Source: a virus. Taken from it: a stretch of DNA of 64,000 bases. The notes below the pieces were generated by a model, which saw only the letters and a program-made list of their open reading frames with translations, ran no database searches and was not told the origin of the DNA. Shown here one piece after another: positions 26,875-36,411 of the stretch. Position numbers and translations under genes: made by a program. The stretch is from the IMG/VR virus record IMGVR_UViG_3300036820_000014, positions 1 to 64,000 of that record; one strand, 5' to 3'. The first letter of the stretch is position 1; each line of letters starts with the position of its first letter.

Positions 26875-28193
26875 GCCGTCTCCTCCTCTACGCCACGTCC
26901 TAACTCGAGCAACCGGCCTGCGGGAGACGCTGGCGTCGTGTCCTCGACAGACAGGAACATCCCAACCCGCTCGCGTGCCAGGTCGGCGTTCCGCCCATCG
27001 ATGTCAATCCCCACGGCGGTACGACCGTGACCAGTGGCCACCATGAGCGTCGTGCCACTGCCGGCGAATGGATCCAAGACGCACCCAGGGCGGTAGTCGT
27101 CGTGAGAGCAGGCTGTCCAACCGAGGGTGGTGGCGACTCGGTCCATGGTTGGCTTTCCAGCTGCACCCGTTCCGTTCGTGCGTCCATCGGGTTCTTTCAG
27201 GTCACGTCGCTGCCCAGTGGTCCCACCTGACCCGCGGACGTAAGAGACATCGACCATCCGCCTCGACGGCTCCCCACACACCCGACAAACACGTTCCGGG
27301 CACATCGACTTGATAAAGGGCACACACAGGTCGGCCGGCCAGGTCGCATAGTGCGATCCCTTGTAGGGCGATGTCGGGATCACCAGGTAGGACGGGAACT
27401 CCTGGTCTTCGTCCATCTCGATCCAGTCGAGGGGTGGCGCGCCCGCCTCGTTGATCGGTGAATTGCGAAATCGCTCTCCCTTGTCGTTCAGCGACACGTC
27501 CTTGCGCTCGTGGCGGTTGTCATCGGGGAACTTGTGCGGCGTCCGCACCGCGTCCTGGTCGTAGTAACGCGTCCGGCTCTTGCACGCCACGGTCAGATAG
27601 CTCGTAGCGGGTCTGAACTTGTCCCCCAGCGCGCCGACGGGTGGGTTCGGACGATTCCACGCCACCAGATTCCTGATGCGCCAGGGGTCGATGGTGCGCT
27701 CTGGACGGAGCAGGTTGCGCCCGTAGGCGAGCGACCAGGCGAAGAGGGTGGGGATGCCGGTGAGGGACTTGTCAAGGGGCCAGCCGAGGCGAGCCTTCGT
27801 CATTCGCCCCGGGCCCGTGCGCTCCATCGTGGACTCGACGCGGCGGGCATAGGCGCTGCCCGTGAACGCGGGCTGAGCGGCTCGCAGGCCGTTGTCGGTG
27901 TAGTCCCCGCCCGCCCCGCCGCTTCCGCTGTAGGTGTCGCCGAGCTCGAACACCAGCGAACCGTGCGGCGCGAGCACGCGGTCACAGGCCTCCACCACGT
28001 CGAGCAAGTCGTCGAGGAAGCCAGCCGGCGTCGGCTCCGATCCGATCTCCTTGGATTTCTCGGGATGATCGGGTGGTAGGTAACTCCGCAGAGCAAGAAA
28101 CGGAGGAGAACTCAGTATCAGGTCGACGGATTCGTCTGGCAACGAAGCCAGGCCATCGAGGACGTCGCCGACGATGAACCGCGCGGTGCTCAC
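26871..28193 (-). CDS. Amino (N4-C/N6-A) DNA methyltransferase, beta class
   Basis: SSPPFLALRSY before HYAT.P and VLDPFAGSGTT; CRVC...CSH insert. Confidence 0.9.
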   Translation of the reverse strand: MSTARFIVGDVLDGLASLPDESVDLILSSPPFLALRSYLPPDHPEKSKEIGSEPTPAGFLDDLLDVVEACDRVLAPHGSLVFELGDTYSGSGGAGGDYTDNGLRAAQPAFTGSAYARRVESTMERTGPGRMTKARLGWPLDKSLTGIPTLFAWSLAYGRNLLRPERTIDPWRIRNLVAWNRPNPPVGALGDKFRPATSYLTVACKSRTRYYDQDAVRTPHKFPDDNRHERKDVSLNDKGERFRNSPINEAGAPPLDWIEMDEDQEFPSYLVIPTSPYKGSHYATWPADLCVPFIKSMCPERVCRVCGEPSRRMVDVSYVRGSGGTTGQRRDLKEPDGRTNGTGAAGKPTMDRVATTLGWTACSHDDYRPGCVLDPFAGSGTTLMVATGHGRTAVGIDIDGRNADLARERVGMFLSVEDTTPASPAGRLLELGRGVEEETA

Positions 28194-29971
28194 CCAGCAT
28201 CCAAGAACAAGACATCGCAGGCCACCACATAGCCCTTGTCGGGATAGTCGATGAGACCCAGGGTCCTCAGACGGCCGAGGATGTTTCCGAAGGTGCCTCC
28301 GATATTGGGTCCGACCGAGTACCCCGCGATCTCGCCGGCGTGCTGCTTGGTGAGTGCGTCAGGGTAGGCCGCGATGATCCCCGAGAGCACCCGGCCTTCC
28401 GGATCGGTGAGCTTAGAGAGGACCTCACCCTGCAACCCCTCGCTCGTGCGCTCGATGTCCGGCGCGACAGCGAGATGGCGCCCCTCGTCCGTGAGCCGCA
28501 CCCGTCCGGATACCGGATAGTCGAGGAGCCCAGCGCCTCGAAGCTGACCCAGGAGATTGCCGAACGTGCCGCCCACACTCTTTCCGACCCGATAGCCGGC
28601 GATGAAACCCGTCTGGATCTTCGTGGGTTGATCGAACCCGACCTCGCGGAGCCAGGCGAGGGCATCCAAGATCCTGTGCTGCGGCTTGGTGAGGTTGTAG
28701 AGGTCGGTACCGGAGACGGGCTTAGGCGCTCTGACGGAGTCGTGGTCAGAGCCGTGGCGCACCGATTCGCCGCGCGCCTTGGCGGGAGTGGCCACGCGCT
28801 GGTTGAGTTTGCGCTCGAACTCGATCACATTGCCGCGCTGAGTCGTCTCCCATCTCAGTCGCTCCTGGACCTCGCCGAGTAACCCGCTCCAAGGCTCAAG
28901 CGCTTCTTCGAGCCGGATGACAAGCGATTCATCGATGACTGGAACCTCTATGCGCTCGATGATGCGCTCGGGCTCGGGTAGGACGATCGTTCCAGCCTTG
29001 ACCAACTCGGCTGTGAGCTCGGCGATGCGGCGCTTGAGCTCCTTCGGGTCATCGGCCTTGGCGCGCTCGATCGTGTCGGCCATCTGTTCCTTGATCGCAG
29101 CCAGGTCGACGTCGGCCAGCTTCACTGGCGGACGAGTGGCCTTCCTGCCGACGAGTGGCGTCGCACCCGAGTCGAAGGTACGCCGCCGGCGGAAGCGGAC
29201 CCGATCGATCGCCTTCAGCCAGCTCGGCGAGATTACGAAGGACTCTCCGTCGTCCAGCGTCGGCAGCTCGCGGACGAGGTCGGCACCGCTCGCGTGGTAG
29301 TCACACCATCCGAGGATCTTCTTGCGGTCAGGAGGCCCGGTCGTCCGCATGGCAAAGAGCGTGCCCACCTGAGTGAGCACGTCGTTGTTGAGCGATGCTG
29401 ACCGTTGGGTTATTAGCGTGGCTCCGATGCCTCGGAATCGGCCACGCTTGACGATCTGCTCAAACGCTCCGACGACCTCGGCCGCTTCGCCTCGGACCAT
29501 CTGAGGGATGTACTCGTCGGCCTCTTCGCAGAACAGGTGAAGCGGTTCGCGGTTGAACCGGTAGAGCCGCTTGGCGAAGTCCCGGAGGAACCGGCGCTGG
29601 TCGGCTCTCGTCATCTCCGACACATCGAGCACGCACGTGAGACGGTGCTCTACGACAAGATCGGCGATGAGGTTGCCAGATGACGGCTCGAGCGGGACGT
29701 CGCCGTGCAGGCCGCCGAACACGACGATCGACAGGCCAGCCCCAGAGCCATCGCCCGATGACCTGAGGCCCCACCAATCACCCTTCGGATCCACCGCCAC
29801 CCAGGGAAGCTCATGGTCGTACATCTCCTCAGCGAGGACAGCGGCGGCGTTCGACTTGCCGGCACCTTTCACCGCCAAGATCCCGAAGGTCTCGGTCACT
29901 CCTTGCAGCGGGATCTTGAACGTCGCGCCAGCTTCGGACTTACCGAGATGGAGGTACTGGTCCCTACTCAC
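28190..29971 (-). CDS. HerA/DUF87-like P-loop ATPase with tandem C-terminal winged helices
   Basis: Walker A AVKGAGKS, VDPKGDWWGL, Walker B FCEEA, RGRFRG, TQRSA. Confidence 0.85.
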   Translation of the reverse strand: MSRDQYLHLGKSEAGATFKIPLQGVTETFGILAVKGAGKSNAAAVLAEEMYDHELPWVAVDPKGDWWGLRSSGDGSGAGLSIVVFGGLHGDVPLEPSSGNLIADLVVEHRLTCVLDVSEMTRADQRRFLRDFAKRLYRFNREPLHLFCEEADEYIPQMVRGEAAEVVGAFEQIVKRGRFRGIGATLITQRSASLNNDVLTQVGTLFAMRTTGPPDRKKILGWCDYHASGADLVRELPTLDDGESFVISPSWLKAIDRVRFRRRRTFDSGATPLVGRKATRPPVKLADVDLAAIKEQMADTIERAKADDPKELKRRIAELTAELVKAGTIVLPEPERIIERIEVPVIDESLVIRLEEALEPWSGLLGEVQERLRWETTQRGNVIEFERKLNQRVATPAKARGESVRHGSDHDSVRAPKPVSGTDLYNLTKPQHRILDALAWLREVGFDQPTKIQTGFIAGYRVGKSVGGTFGNLLGQLRGAGLLDYPVSGRVRLTDEGRHLAVAPDIERTSEGLQGEVLSKLTDPEGRVLSGIIAAYPDALTKQHAGEIAGYSVGPNIGGTFGNILGRLRTLGLIDYPDKGYVVACDVLFLDAG

Positions 29972-30237
29972 TTGCGTCTCCCCTTCGGTTGGCTAGCCGC
30001 CTGGCACCGCGGGTGCGTGCAGATGGCCTTGTCGTGGTCGATCTTCATATGGCCACCTGACCAGTAGTCCCAGTCCCCCGGCTTGCATATCTGGCACGGT
30101 CGTTCGAATGCATAGCCACGACCGTCTGTGGTCCGGACGGTTCCGACCGGGATCTCATCAGTCCCACCGCACTCGGGACACGGCCCGGGCGGATCCATGC
30201 CCGAGGTGAGGATGAGCGGCGCTCCGTCGTCGGTCAC
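29968..30237 (-). CDS. Zn-finger protein
   Basis: CPECGG...PCQIC. Confidence 0.6.
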   Translation of the reverse strand: MTDDGAPLILTSGMDPPGPCPECGGTDEIPVGTVRTTDGRGYAFERPCQICKPGDWDYWSGGHMKIDHDKAICTHPRCQAASQPKGRRK

Positions 30238-30788
30238 GGTGCCCTTCCCAGCGCCAGGAACTCGTCAGCTCGCCCTAGAGCCCCACACTTGTCGAGATAG
30301 GTCGCCAGGGCTGGTGGAACCGTCTGGCCCGCCACGCGGTGCCTCGCCGAGCTGGACCCGTAGACCTTGGCGAACTGGCCGCGCAGGACACCGGGCTCGG
30401 TCGAGTTACAAATCTCCTCCCAGCCGAGAGCGGACACGGCCGAGGCGATAGCCGGGTGCGACCACTCAGGAGTGGCGTACCGACCGACCGAGCGGACCTT
30501 GTCGAGCATCTCGGTCATGGCCTCGTCGACATCGGGGATCCTCGGCGCATCGATTGCCATCGCTTGGATGCTTTGAGCCTGCTCGCGTACCTTGCCCGGC
30601 GCCGGTGGGAACTCACGGTAGGCCAGGCTGGCAAGAGCGGCCTGGACCAGGTCGGCGTCGAGATCCCCGAGCACGTCGCGCCAGACCTTGAGCCGGACCT
30701 CCTGGAGGAACTGATGTTCCGGAATCCGGAAGGCGGTCCAGGTCTCCTCGCACCAGAGCCACGCGAGTTGGATCTCGCCGTCGGTCAC
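30234..30788 (-). CDS. Replicative helicase loader/inhibitor (G39P-like)
   Basis: VWRDVLGDLD...FPP.P; AVSALGWEEIC...RGQF.KVY; follows Rep. Confidence 0.75.
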   Translation of the reverse strand: MTDGEIQLAWLWCEETWTAFRIPEHQFLQEVRLKVWRDVLGDLDADLVQAALASLAYREFPPAPGKVREQAQSIQAMAIDAPRIPDVDEAMTEMLDKVRSVGRYATPEWSHPAIASAVSALGWEEICNSTEPGVLRGQFAKVYGSSSARHRVAGQTVPPALATYLDKCGALGRADEFLALGRAP

Positions 30789-31531
30789 CGTGCCTCCTCG
30801 GGTCGGTATCGAGACACCAGGCGATCGGCGACGCCAGAGGCACCCGAGGTGCCGCTGCGGGGTCGAGCCTTCGAGATGGCTGTCTGGAGGCCAGCCACGG
30901 TCCACGTGATGTCGCCCGCCTTGATCGCCCGCTCGACATCGGGGACGGAGCGACCTTTGCGAAGAGCGCGCTCGATGAGTTTCATCACAGCAGGGAACAC
31001 GTTGCCGTTCGCTCGGGCGAGGTCGGGCTTCTCGGGCTGCTCGAAAGCAAGGATGGTGAGCCGGTGAGCTGCACGCGTCAGAGGGTCATCGGTTGGCTTT
31101 GCCGCCGCGCCGTTAGGCGCAAGAGTTGGGTTGCTTGGGTTGTCTTTGGTTAGTAACAGTGCGTTGTCACCGTTGTCACCCTTTACGGTCGCCGTTGTCA
31201 CCCTTTCGCGCTCCTCATGTCCCCCTTTAGCCTCCCCCGAAAGGGTGACAGATTGTCCCGCTTTAGGACGGAGCAACCGGTACTCCGGAGTCCTTCCACG
31301 TCCGGTCGTCGAGGACAGCGCTTCGAGGTAGCCAGTTTCCACGAGGGCAGCCAATGTGCGAGTCACCGTCCGCTCCGAGCACCGGGCCTTGCGGGCCAGG
31401 TCCGCCCGTTTCAGCCAGAGGCGGTTGTCGTTCATGTCGTTCGCCACGTCGGCGAGGGCCAGGTGAACGACGAGCATGTCACCGGAGCACGGTGAGTGAT
31501 CGAAGACCCAGCCGACAGCGGACGCGCTCAT
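30785..31531 (-). CDS. Replication initiator (HTH_36 type)
   Basis: LALADVAN...LARKARCSERTVTRTLAALVETGYL; internal iterons. Confidence 0.85.
   Translation of the reverse strand: MSASAVGWVFDHSPCSGDMLVVHLALADVANDMNDNRLWLKRADLARKARCSERTVTRTLAALVETGYLEALSSTTGRGRTPEYRLLRPKAGQSVTLSGEAKGGHEERERVTTATVKGDNGDNALLLTKDNPSNPTLAPNGAAAKPTDDPLTRAAHRLTILAFEQPEKPDLARANGNVFPAVMKLIERALRKGRSVPDVERAIKAGDITWTVAGLQTAISKARPRSGTSGASGVADRLVSRYRPEEAR
31162..31264. repeat. Iteron cluster, probable replication origin
   Basis: TGTC(A/C)C(C/G)CTTT repeats near 31174, 31196, 31218, 31254, a partial copy near 31165 and an inverted copy 31240-31250. Confidence 0.7.
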
Positions 31532-31643
31532 GCCATTGGACCTCCCGTCTCCGACACACCGACTCGGTGACGGTACCTGCAAGACCCGGGTGCTTCCAGA
31601 GGTGTAACCGGTGGAAATGTTGCGGGCGACGTGTGGAAAACAC

Positions 31644-31922
31644 CTAGACATCCAGGGGAAGAGGGGGGACAAACTCGACGAATCCCAGGCGGGAGGCGAT
31701 CTGGAGCGGTTGGGTCGGGTGCCGGTCGAAAAAACCTCTACAGACGGCGTTGTCTTTCCCGAGCGTTGAGTGACAGATGATGGCCGACTCGTTCGCCTTG
31801 GCATCGCTGACCATCTCGGCGAGCCGACCAGGGTTGAGGTGCATCAGGTTCCCAGGCCGGAATACACAAGTTGCACACAATTGTGCACAAACGTGGACAC
31901 GTCCGTGCCGGTAGGCGTTCAC
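31644..31922 (-). CDS. Cys-rich phage protein
   Basis: CATCVFRPGN...ICHST...CRGF. Confidence 0.7.
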   Translation of the reverse strand: MNAYRHGRVHVCAQLCATCVFRPGNLMHLNPGRLAEMVSDAKANESAIICHSTLGKDNAVCRGFFDRHPTQPLQIASRLGFVEFVPPLPLDV

Positions 31923-32479
31923 GTGCTTGGCTTGCCCATGACCGCGCGATATATCGCGCGGGCCCACCTGGCATCTCCGAGTGCGGTATGACGAGCGAAC
32001 TGGTCGGGGTTCACTCCCACCAGACCGGACAGGTACTCCGAATCCCACGGAGGCTCCTCGATATGGTCGAACCCCCCCTGGGAAGACGAACCGGCGACAA
32101 AGCCCGCCGCCAGAGCCTCAACATCGATGAGGTGGTAATGCCACCGAGGCGACCGGCCGTGATGCCACATGAGCCGACGTAGGCGCTCCTCGTCGAAACT
32201 GGGGACGGCACCGACGATGTGAGTGCCGGACTCGATGTAAAGCCATAGGCGCGAGGCGGCATATGCGGGATGGACCGCAGCCCGAGCGTTATACCGATCA
32301 TGAAAGCCGCTGATCTCAAGCGCCTTGGGGTGAGCGAGAGAGATGTCTCGGTCGGTCACCTGGATTTGGAACTCCACCTCCTCGCCAGATGGCAGGATCA
32401 ACCCCACTTCCCATACGGGGTTGAAGTCCGGATCCAGACCAAGGGTTTCGGTATCGAGGAAACAGACCGGTGCGCTCAC
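31919..32479 (-). CDS. DEDDh 3'-5' exonuclease
   Basis: LDTETLG, PSFDEE, HTALGDA. Confidence 0.9.
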   Translation of the reverse strand: MSAPVCFLDTETLGLDPDFNPVWEVGLILPSGEEVEFQIQVTDRDISLAHPKALEISGFHDRYNARAAVHPAYAASRLWLYIESGTHIVGAVPSFDEERLRRLMWHHGRSPRWHYHLIDVEALAAGFVAGSSSQGGFDHIEEPPWDSEYLSGLVGVNPDQFARHTALGDARWARAIYRAVMGKPST

Positions 32480-34161
32480 TCTGGGTCCCTCGCTCCGGCT
32501 GCCTCACGGGCAAGCAGCGTGATTAGTTGGTGGCGACGGACGACTTCGTCCTCCTGGTGAGGTATGGCGCCCCGCTCCAAGAGCGAGTTAATCACTCCGT
32601 CGTTATCGATGAACGAGACGAACTCGAGCAGCACATCGGCCATGGCGCTTGGTAATCCCTCGGGCATGCCGGCTCCGGGGTCATCGGCTGACGCCACATC
32701 CTTCGGGCACAGAGGCGGGTGAGGAAGGAAGTCGCCGGGCTCGTGGTCGGCAATCGTGTGGCCTTCGATCCGCTCTCCACACCAGCACCAGACGGGTCGA
32801 CTTGGCGGCGTGTCTACGGCATGGGGATCGGTCGGAGGAGCCTCGTCTTCAGCCGATGCCTCAGGTTGCTCCTGAGCGCCAGCGGGCTCGTCGGTAGGTG
32901 GTTCCGGAACCGGTTTGGTACCGGTTCCCAGCCCGATCCAAAAAGCGAGACCTCGTGCGAGGTCTGCGAGCACGGCTGTACCCGCTGCGGACTGGTCCCA
33001 GCCCCGAGACTTGGCCTGGGCCTGGATCCCTCGGATGAGCGCCGTAGCCACCCTCACCTGTGGGCCCGTCGTGAGATCCCGAGGGCTCGCCGGTAGCTTC
33101 TGTCCCGATACCTGGGCGTTGTTCCACCGGTCCCTCAGATCCTTACGACCATCTGGGTCGAGGGCCATCGCAGCGATCTGGAGCTCGACGAGCGCGTGGG
33201 GATCGGCCGGCTCGTCGGTCGACTGTGAACCAGAGTGTGAAGTGCCGCCCTTCGAGTCGAAGCCCTCAGGGAGTTCGAGCGTGTCCAGGTCGATGGGATC
33301 CCCGTTCTGATCCGTCAGTGCGCCAAGCTCGTCAGGGTTGTAGAGCCCGAGCGCCGCCTCCGGGAAGTAGACGTCGGAGCACCGCTGAGCGGCTCGCCAC
33401 CAGAGCATGTCCCTCGGGTACGTCTGATAGTTGTTCTTGCACCGCATCCGGACGTGGTCCTGGTTGTAGTCGTGCTTGGCGTTCCATCTCCGGCAATGCT
33501 CGGCGTGGTCATCGGGCTTGCAGTCATCGCACACCAGGTCGGCGCGCTGAGCGTCCTCCCAGGTGAAAGAGATCGGGTCGACCGGCTTACCATCGACTGG
33601 ATCCAACAGAGCCTTTCCGTCAGGACCGACGGCATAGGCCTGAGAGGCGAAGATGCTGTTGCCTCGTCCCGGACGGATCGACCCGGAGCCGAGCTGACGG
33701 AGGCGGGCGTTCAGGAGCTTCGGAGCGATCGAGGGCTTGCCATCGATCACGTAGATGAGGTTCACCGCTGCGGTCAGCGGGACACCCAGATCCCGGCCGG
33801 TCAGAAGGATCACCAGCATGTCGTAGGGCTTGCCTCGAAGCGCCTTCGGTGCCAACTCGGACGACGACAGCATCTTCGCCATGAGACATAGCTGGAGGAA
33901 CTCGTCACGCCCGGGGATCCCCGGCTGGTCGATCGCATACTCAGCCGCCCTTGTGATGGCGACCTCGGCGGCCGTGGGCTCTTTGCGATTGCGGACCTCG
34001 AGGGCCACCTCATCGACGAGTACGGCTTCCGGCTGAGGCGATTCAGCGGTGGCGGGTTTGCCGCGCTCTTCTTCGGGAACCTCCGAAGTCTCACCCTCTG
34101 GTTCTGGTTGAGGGCCGAGGTCTTTTAACGCCTTGGCCCGTATGGCATCGGTGATGGTCAT
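32476..34161 (-). CDS. RecT-like ssDNA-annealing protein
   Basis: PKALRGKP.D...GRDLG...IYVIDGKPS, FTWEDAQRA, YPRDML..RA, LYNPDEL. Confidence 0.8.
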   Translation of the reverse strand: MTITDAIRAKALKDLGPQPEPEGETSEVPEEERGKPATAESPQPEAVLVDEVALEVRNRKEPTAAEVAITRAAEYAIDQPGIPGRDEFLQLCLMAKMLSSSELAPKALRGKPYDMLVILLTGRDLGVPLTAAVNLIYVIDGKPSIAPKLLNARLRQLGSGSIRPGRGNSIFASQAYAVGPDGKALLDPVDGKPVDPISFTWEDAQRADLVCDDCKPDDHAEHCRRWNAKHDYNQDHVRMRCKNNYQTYPRDMLWWRAAQRCSDVYFPEAALGLYNPDELGALTDQNGDPIDLDTLELPEGFDSKGGTSHSGSQSTDEPADPHALVELQIAAMALDPDGRKDLRDRWNNAQVSGQKLPASPRDLTTGPQVRVATALIRGIQAQAKSRGWDQSAAGTAVLADLARGLAFWIGLGTGTKPVPEPPTDEPAGAQEQPEASAEDEAPPTDPHAVDTPPSRPVWCWCGERIEGHTIADHEPGDFLPHPPLCPKDVASADDPGAGMPEGLPSAMADVLLEFVSFIDNDGVINSLLERGAIPHQEDEVVRRHQLITLLAREAAGARDPE

Positions 34162-34793
34162 TTGCGGGTCTCCTTTTCCAGCTCGTAGCTGAACCTGTCC
34201 TCGGCCGGTTTGAAGAAGGTCACGCCAGGAACGGGCACCGGCTCGGCTCCCTCCTCGGCTGGCGGCAAGAGGACAGGGACGGCTTTCCCTTTCTCGCCGC
34301 CCTCGGTGGCCTCAGCGGCCATCTTGTCGGCCACTCGTGGCAGCTTCCCAAGCGCCTGGCGGTTGACATCGACGTTCACCCGTACCAACTCGTCATGGCC
34401 CGAAGTCAGCGCCCAGGCCTTGAACGCGTCCTCATCGGCCACAACGACCCGGCCGGGGAGTGCCTTCATCCGGACGGTGCCGTGAGGCAGCGACAGGGTC
34501 TTCACCTTGGCTTGCTTCATCTCAGGGCGGGCATAGGCCTCGACGATCGCTTCGATCCGTCTGAGTTGCGCCTCGGCCGCTTTGGTGCGGTCGGCCAGCC
34601 AGCCGTCCAGACGCTCACGTTCGGCGTCGTAGACGACCTTGACATCTCGGAGATCGGCCTGGAGCCGCATGCCCTTTCGGAGCAGCCAGTCCAGCTGCTC
34701 TCGGCTATTGGGCGGTGGGACATCCTCGCCCTCGGGAAGCGGATCCCCGATGAATTCATCGAGGTCGCGCTCCCAGAAACCAGAGTCGCTCAC
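34158..34793 (-). CDS. Mu Gam-like host-nuclease inhibitor
   Basis: DWLLRK coiled coil, KTLSLPHGTV; RBS AAGGAGG. Confidence 0.8.
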   Translation of the reverse strand: MSDSGFWERDLDEFIGDPLPEGEDVPPPNSREQLDWLLRKGMRLQADLRDVKVVYDAERERLDGWLADRTKAAEAQLRRIEAIVEAYARPEMKQAKVKTLSLPHGTVRMKALPGRVVVADEDAFKAWALTSGHDELVRVNVDVNRQALGKLPRVADKMAAEATEGGEKGKAVPVLLPPAEEGAEPVPVPGVTFFKPAEDRFSYELEKETRK

Positions 34794-34822
34794 GGTCCTC
34801 CTTGTCTGATGGGTTGGAGTTA

Positions 34823-34839
34823 CTAAAACGGAACTATAG
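34823..34839. promoter_or_regulatory. 17-bp operator over TATAGT -10 of recombination/replication operon
   Basis: CTAAAACGGAACTATAG. Confidence 0.7.
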
Positions 34840-34954
34840 CGACGGGTTGCGACATCGGCCCAGACGCGGCGAAGGCGGAGCACTGAGGCCCCGCCTTCTC
34901 GCCCGCACTGAATCTCCAACCCAAAATTGGGAACCAGTGGCGAAGTGGTGAAAG

Positions 34955-35326
34955 TTAGTCGCGTGCGGCCGTGGATGCCCGTTGGACAGCGGCCAGAAAA
35001 GCCGCCGCCGCTGGGGAATAGTCGCCGCTGACCAGATGGATGGGACGGGGCACTACACCGAAGGGCCAGCCCAGGCGCTCGAACTGGATCACCACACCCA
35101 TGAGGGCTGAGAGCATCCGACTCTCGGCATGGCTGAGGGTCGGCAATCCGTGGAGTTGCCACTCGGCGGCACGCTCCCATGCTCGCTGGAACGTGAACAC
35201 ATCGAGGTGGGTGAGTGCCTCGAAAGCATCACTGCCTCGGCGCTCACATTCTCGGCATCCATCCACAAGGATCTGGCCCGGGTCGTAACCGGGCAGCGAT
35301 GAGTGAGCAGCGTGTGTGCTCATCAT
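34955..35326 (-). CDS. Hypothetical protein
   Basis: QILVDGCRECERRG; ATGA overlap. Confidence 0.6.
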   Translation of the reverse strand: MMSTHAAHSSLPGYDPGQILVDGCRECERRGSDAFEALTHLDVFTFQRAWERAAEWQLHGLPTLSHAESRMLSALMGVVIQFERLGWPFGVVPRPIHLVSGDYSPAAAAFLAAVQRASTAARD

Positions 35327-35607
35327 CGTTCCATCGTCTCCTCGTGAACGTGGTCGTGCTCTCGGTTGCGGTGGTCGGCGGCGTGAACGGCACGGAAGTA
35401 CCGGGCCGGAGCGTCACTACCCAACCAGGCGGCGAAGTCGATCTCGTTCATGGACCACCGGAATCCGCTGTCCTGATCGGCCTCGTCCCACGCGGTGCCG
35501 AGCGGACCCTTGTGCTCAACCCTCAAGTGAAAGATGAGGGTTGACTCCTCATCGGATCCATCAAGCGGTGCGTCATCTATGTGACCCGAGGCTCGGAAGT
35601 TGCTCAT
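35323..35607 (-). CDS. Hypothetical protein
   Basis: Coupled overlaps. Confidence 0.5.
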   Translation of the reverse strand: MSNFRASGHIDDAPLDGSDEESTLIFHLRVEHKGPLGTAWDEADQDSGFRWSMNEIDFAAWLGSDAPARYFRAVHAADHRNREHDHVHEETMER

Positions 35608-35834
35608 CCGATGCACTCCACCAGCGAGGTCTCGGACTCGTAGAGGAAAGTGACAACGATGCCCCAGGTCTCAAGCGACGCACCAGCGATTCCAGCGTCA
35701 GCGAGCAGGCGTGCCCGTAGGTGGGCGTCAGTGGCCACCTCCTCGGCGGTAACGACACCGTCGGCACAAGCGATGATCCGTGCGGCCTTGCGGGCACGTG
35801 CAGCCGTGGCGTAGGCGTTGTAGGCGGCGCTCAT
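35604..35834 (-). CDS. Hypothetical protein
   Basis: NAYATAARARKA...ASLETW. Confidence 0.55.
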   Translation of the reverse strand: MSAAYNAYATAARARKAARIIACADGVVTAEEVATDAHLRARLLADAGIAGASLETWGIVVTFLYESETSLVECIG

Positions 35835-35995
35835 TGTCCCGCCTCGCCCAGAAGCGAGAGTTCGTGCTCCCACTCGGCTATAGACTTGTTGATCCGTTCG
35901 ACCTCGTACTCCATGCCGTGGCGCTCGGCCACGGCGAGCATCCGCCTGTAGCCCTTGAGTTGGCGCTCGGCCGTCGCCCTAGAAGGCCCTCTCAC
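35831..35995 (-). CDS. Hypothetical protein (54 aa)
   Basis: GTGA and ATGA overlaps at both ends. Confidence 0.5.
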   Translation of the reverse strand: MRGPSRATAERQLKGYRRMLAVAERHGMEYEVERINKSIAEWEHELSLLGEAGQ

Positions 35996-36330
35996 GCCGC
36001 CATCCCCTTTTCAATGGCGGATGCAACGCGGAGGGCGACCCCGGACTTGCTGAGCCGGTAGTACCCGCCAGTCAGGCCAGCGTGACCACCGACCGAGGCT
36101 CCATCGGTGCCCCACACGCTGCCTGGGCGGACCATCGGAAGCCTCGAAAGGAGCGACGGGCCGATGCCGTCACAGCGGACGTAGGCGCTCCTGTCGCCAG
36201 CGGTGAAGGTCGTGGTGACCGAGACGACCGCGTCGCCACCGTGACTCCTGATCTCGACGGTGAAGCCCTCGGCCACACAGGCTGCGAGGAACTCGTTGGC
36301 TATGGTGCCGGCCTTGCTGGTGCTTGCCAT
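35992..36330 (-). CDS. Early hypothetical protein
   Basis: GSVWGTDGASVGG motif; first gene after promoter; RBS AAGGGAGG. Confidence 0.7.
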   Translation of the reverse strand: MASTSKAGTIANEFLAACVAEGFTVEIRSHGGDAVVSVTTTFTAGDRSAYVRCDGIGPSLLSRLPMVRPGSVWGTDGASVGGHAGLTGGYYRLSKSGVALRVASAIEKGMAA

Positions 36331-36357
36331 TGCTGGCCTCCCTTTGGGTTGGAGTTA

Positions 36358-36396
36358 CTAAAATCCGATTATAGCGGAGGCCATTGGAACAGCCAA
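36358..36396 (-). promoter_or_regulatory. SigA-type promoter TTGGCT-N17-TATAAT with operator 36358-36374
   Basis: Read directly; operator CTAAAATCCGATTATAG overlaps the -10. Confidence 0.75.
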
Positions 36397-36411
36397 GTCG
36401 GGAAACCCCGG

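Noticed and set aside
27090-27310. Possible intein in the beta-class MTase
   Set aside because: Insert is a short CxxC...C-H Zn-ribbon loop with no His-Asn/Cys-Ser-Thr splice junction
34794-35180. N-terminal extensions of track ORFs (34158..35180, 30785..31804, 61079..63094, 49898..50446)
   Set aside because: Extensions overlap other genes or promoters; downstream starts with SD or coupled overlaps were preferred
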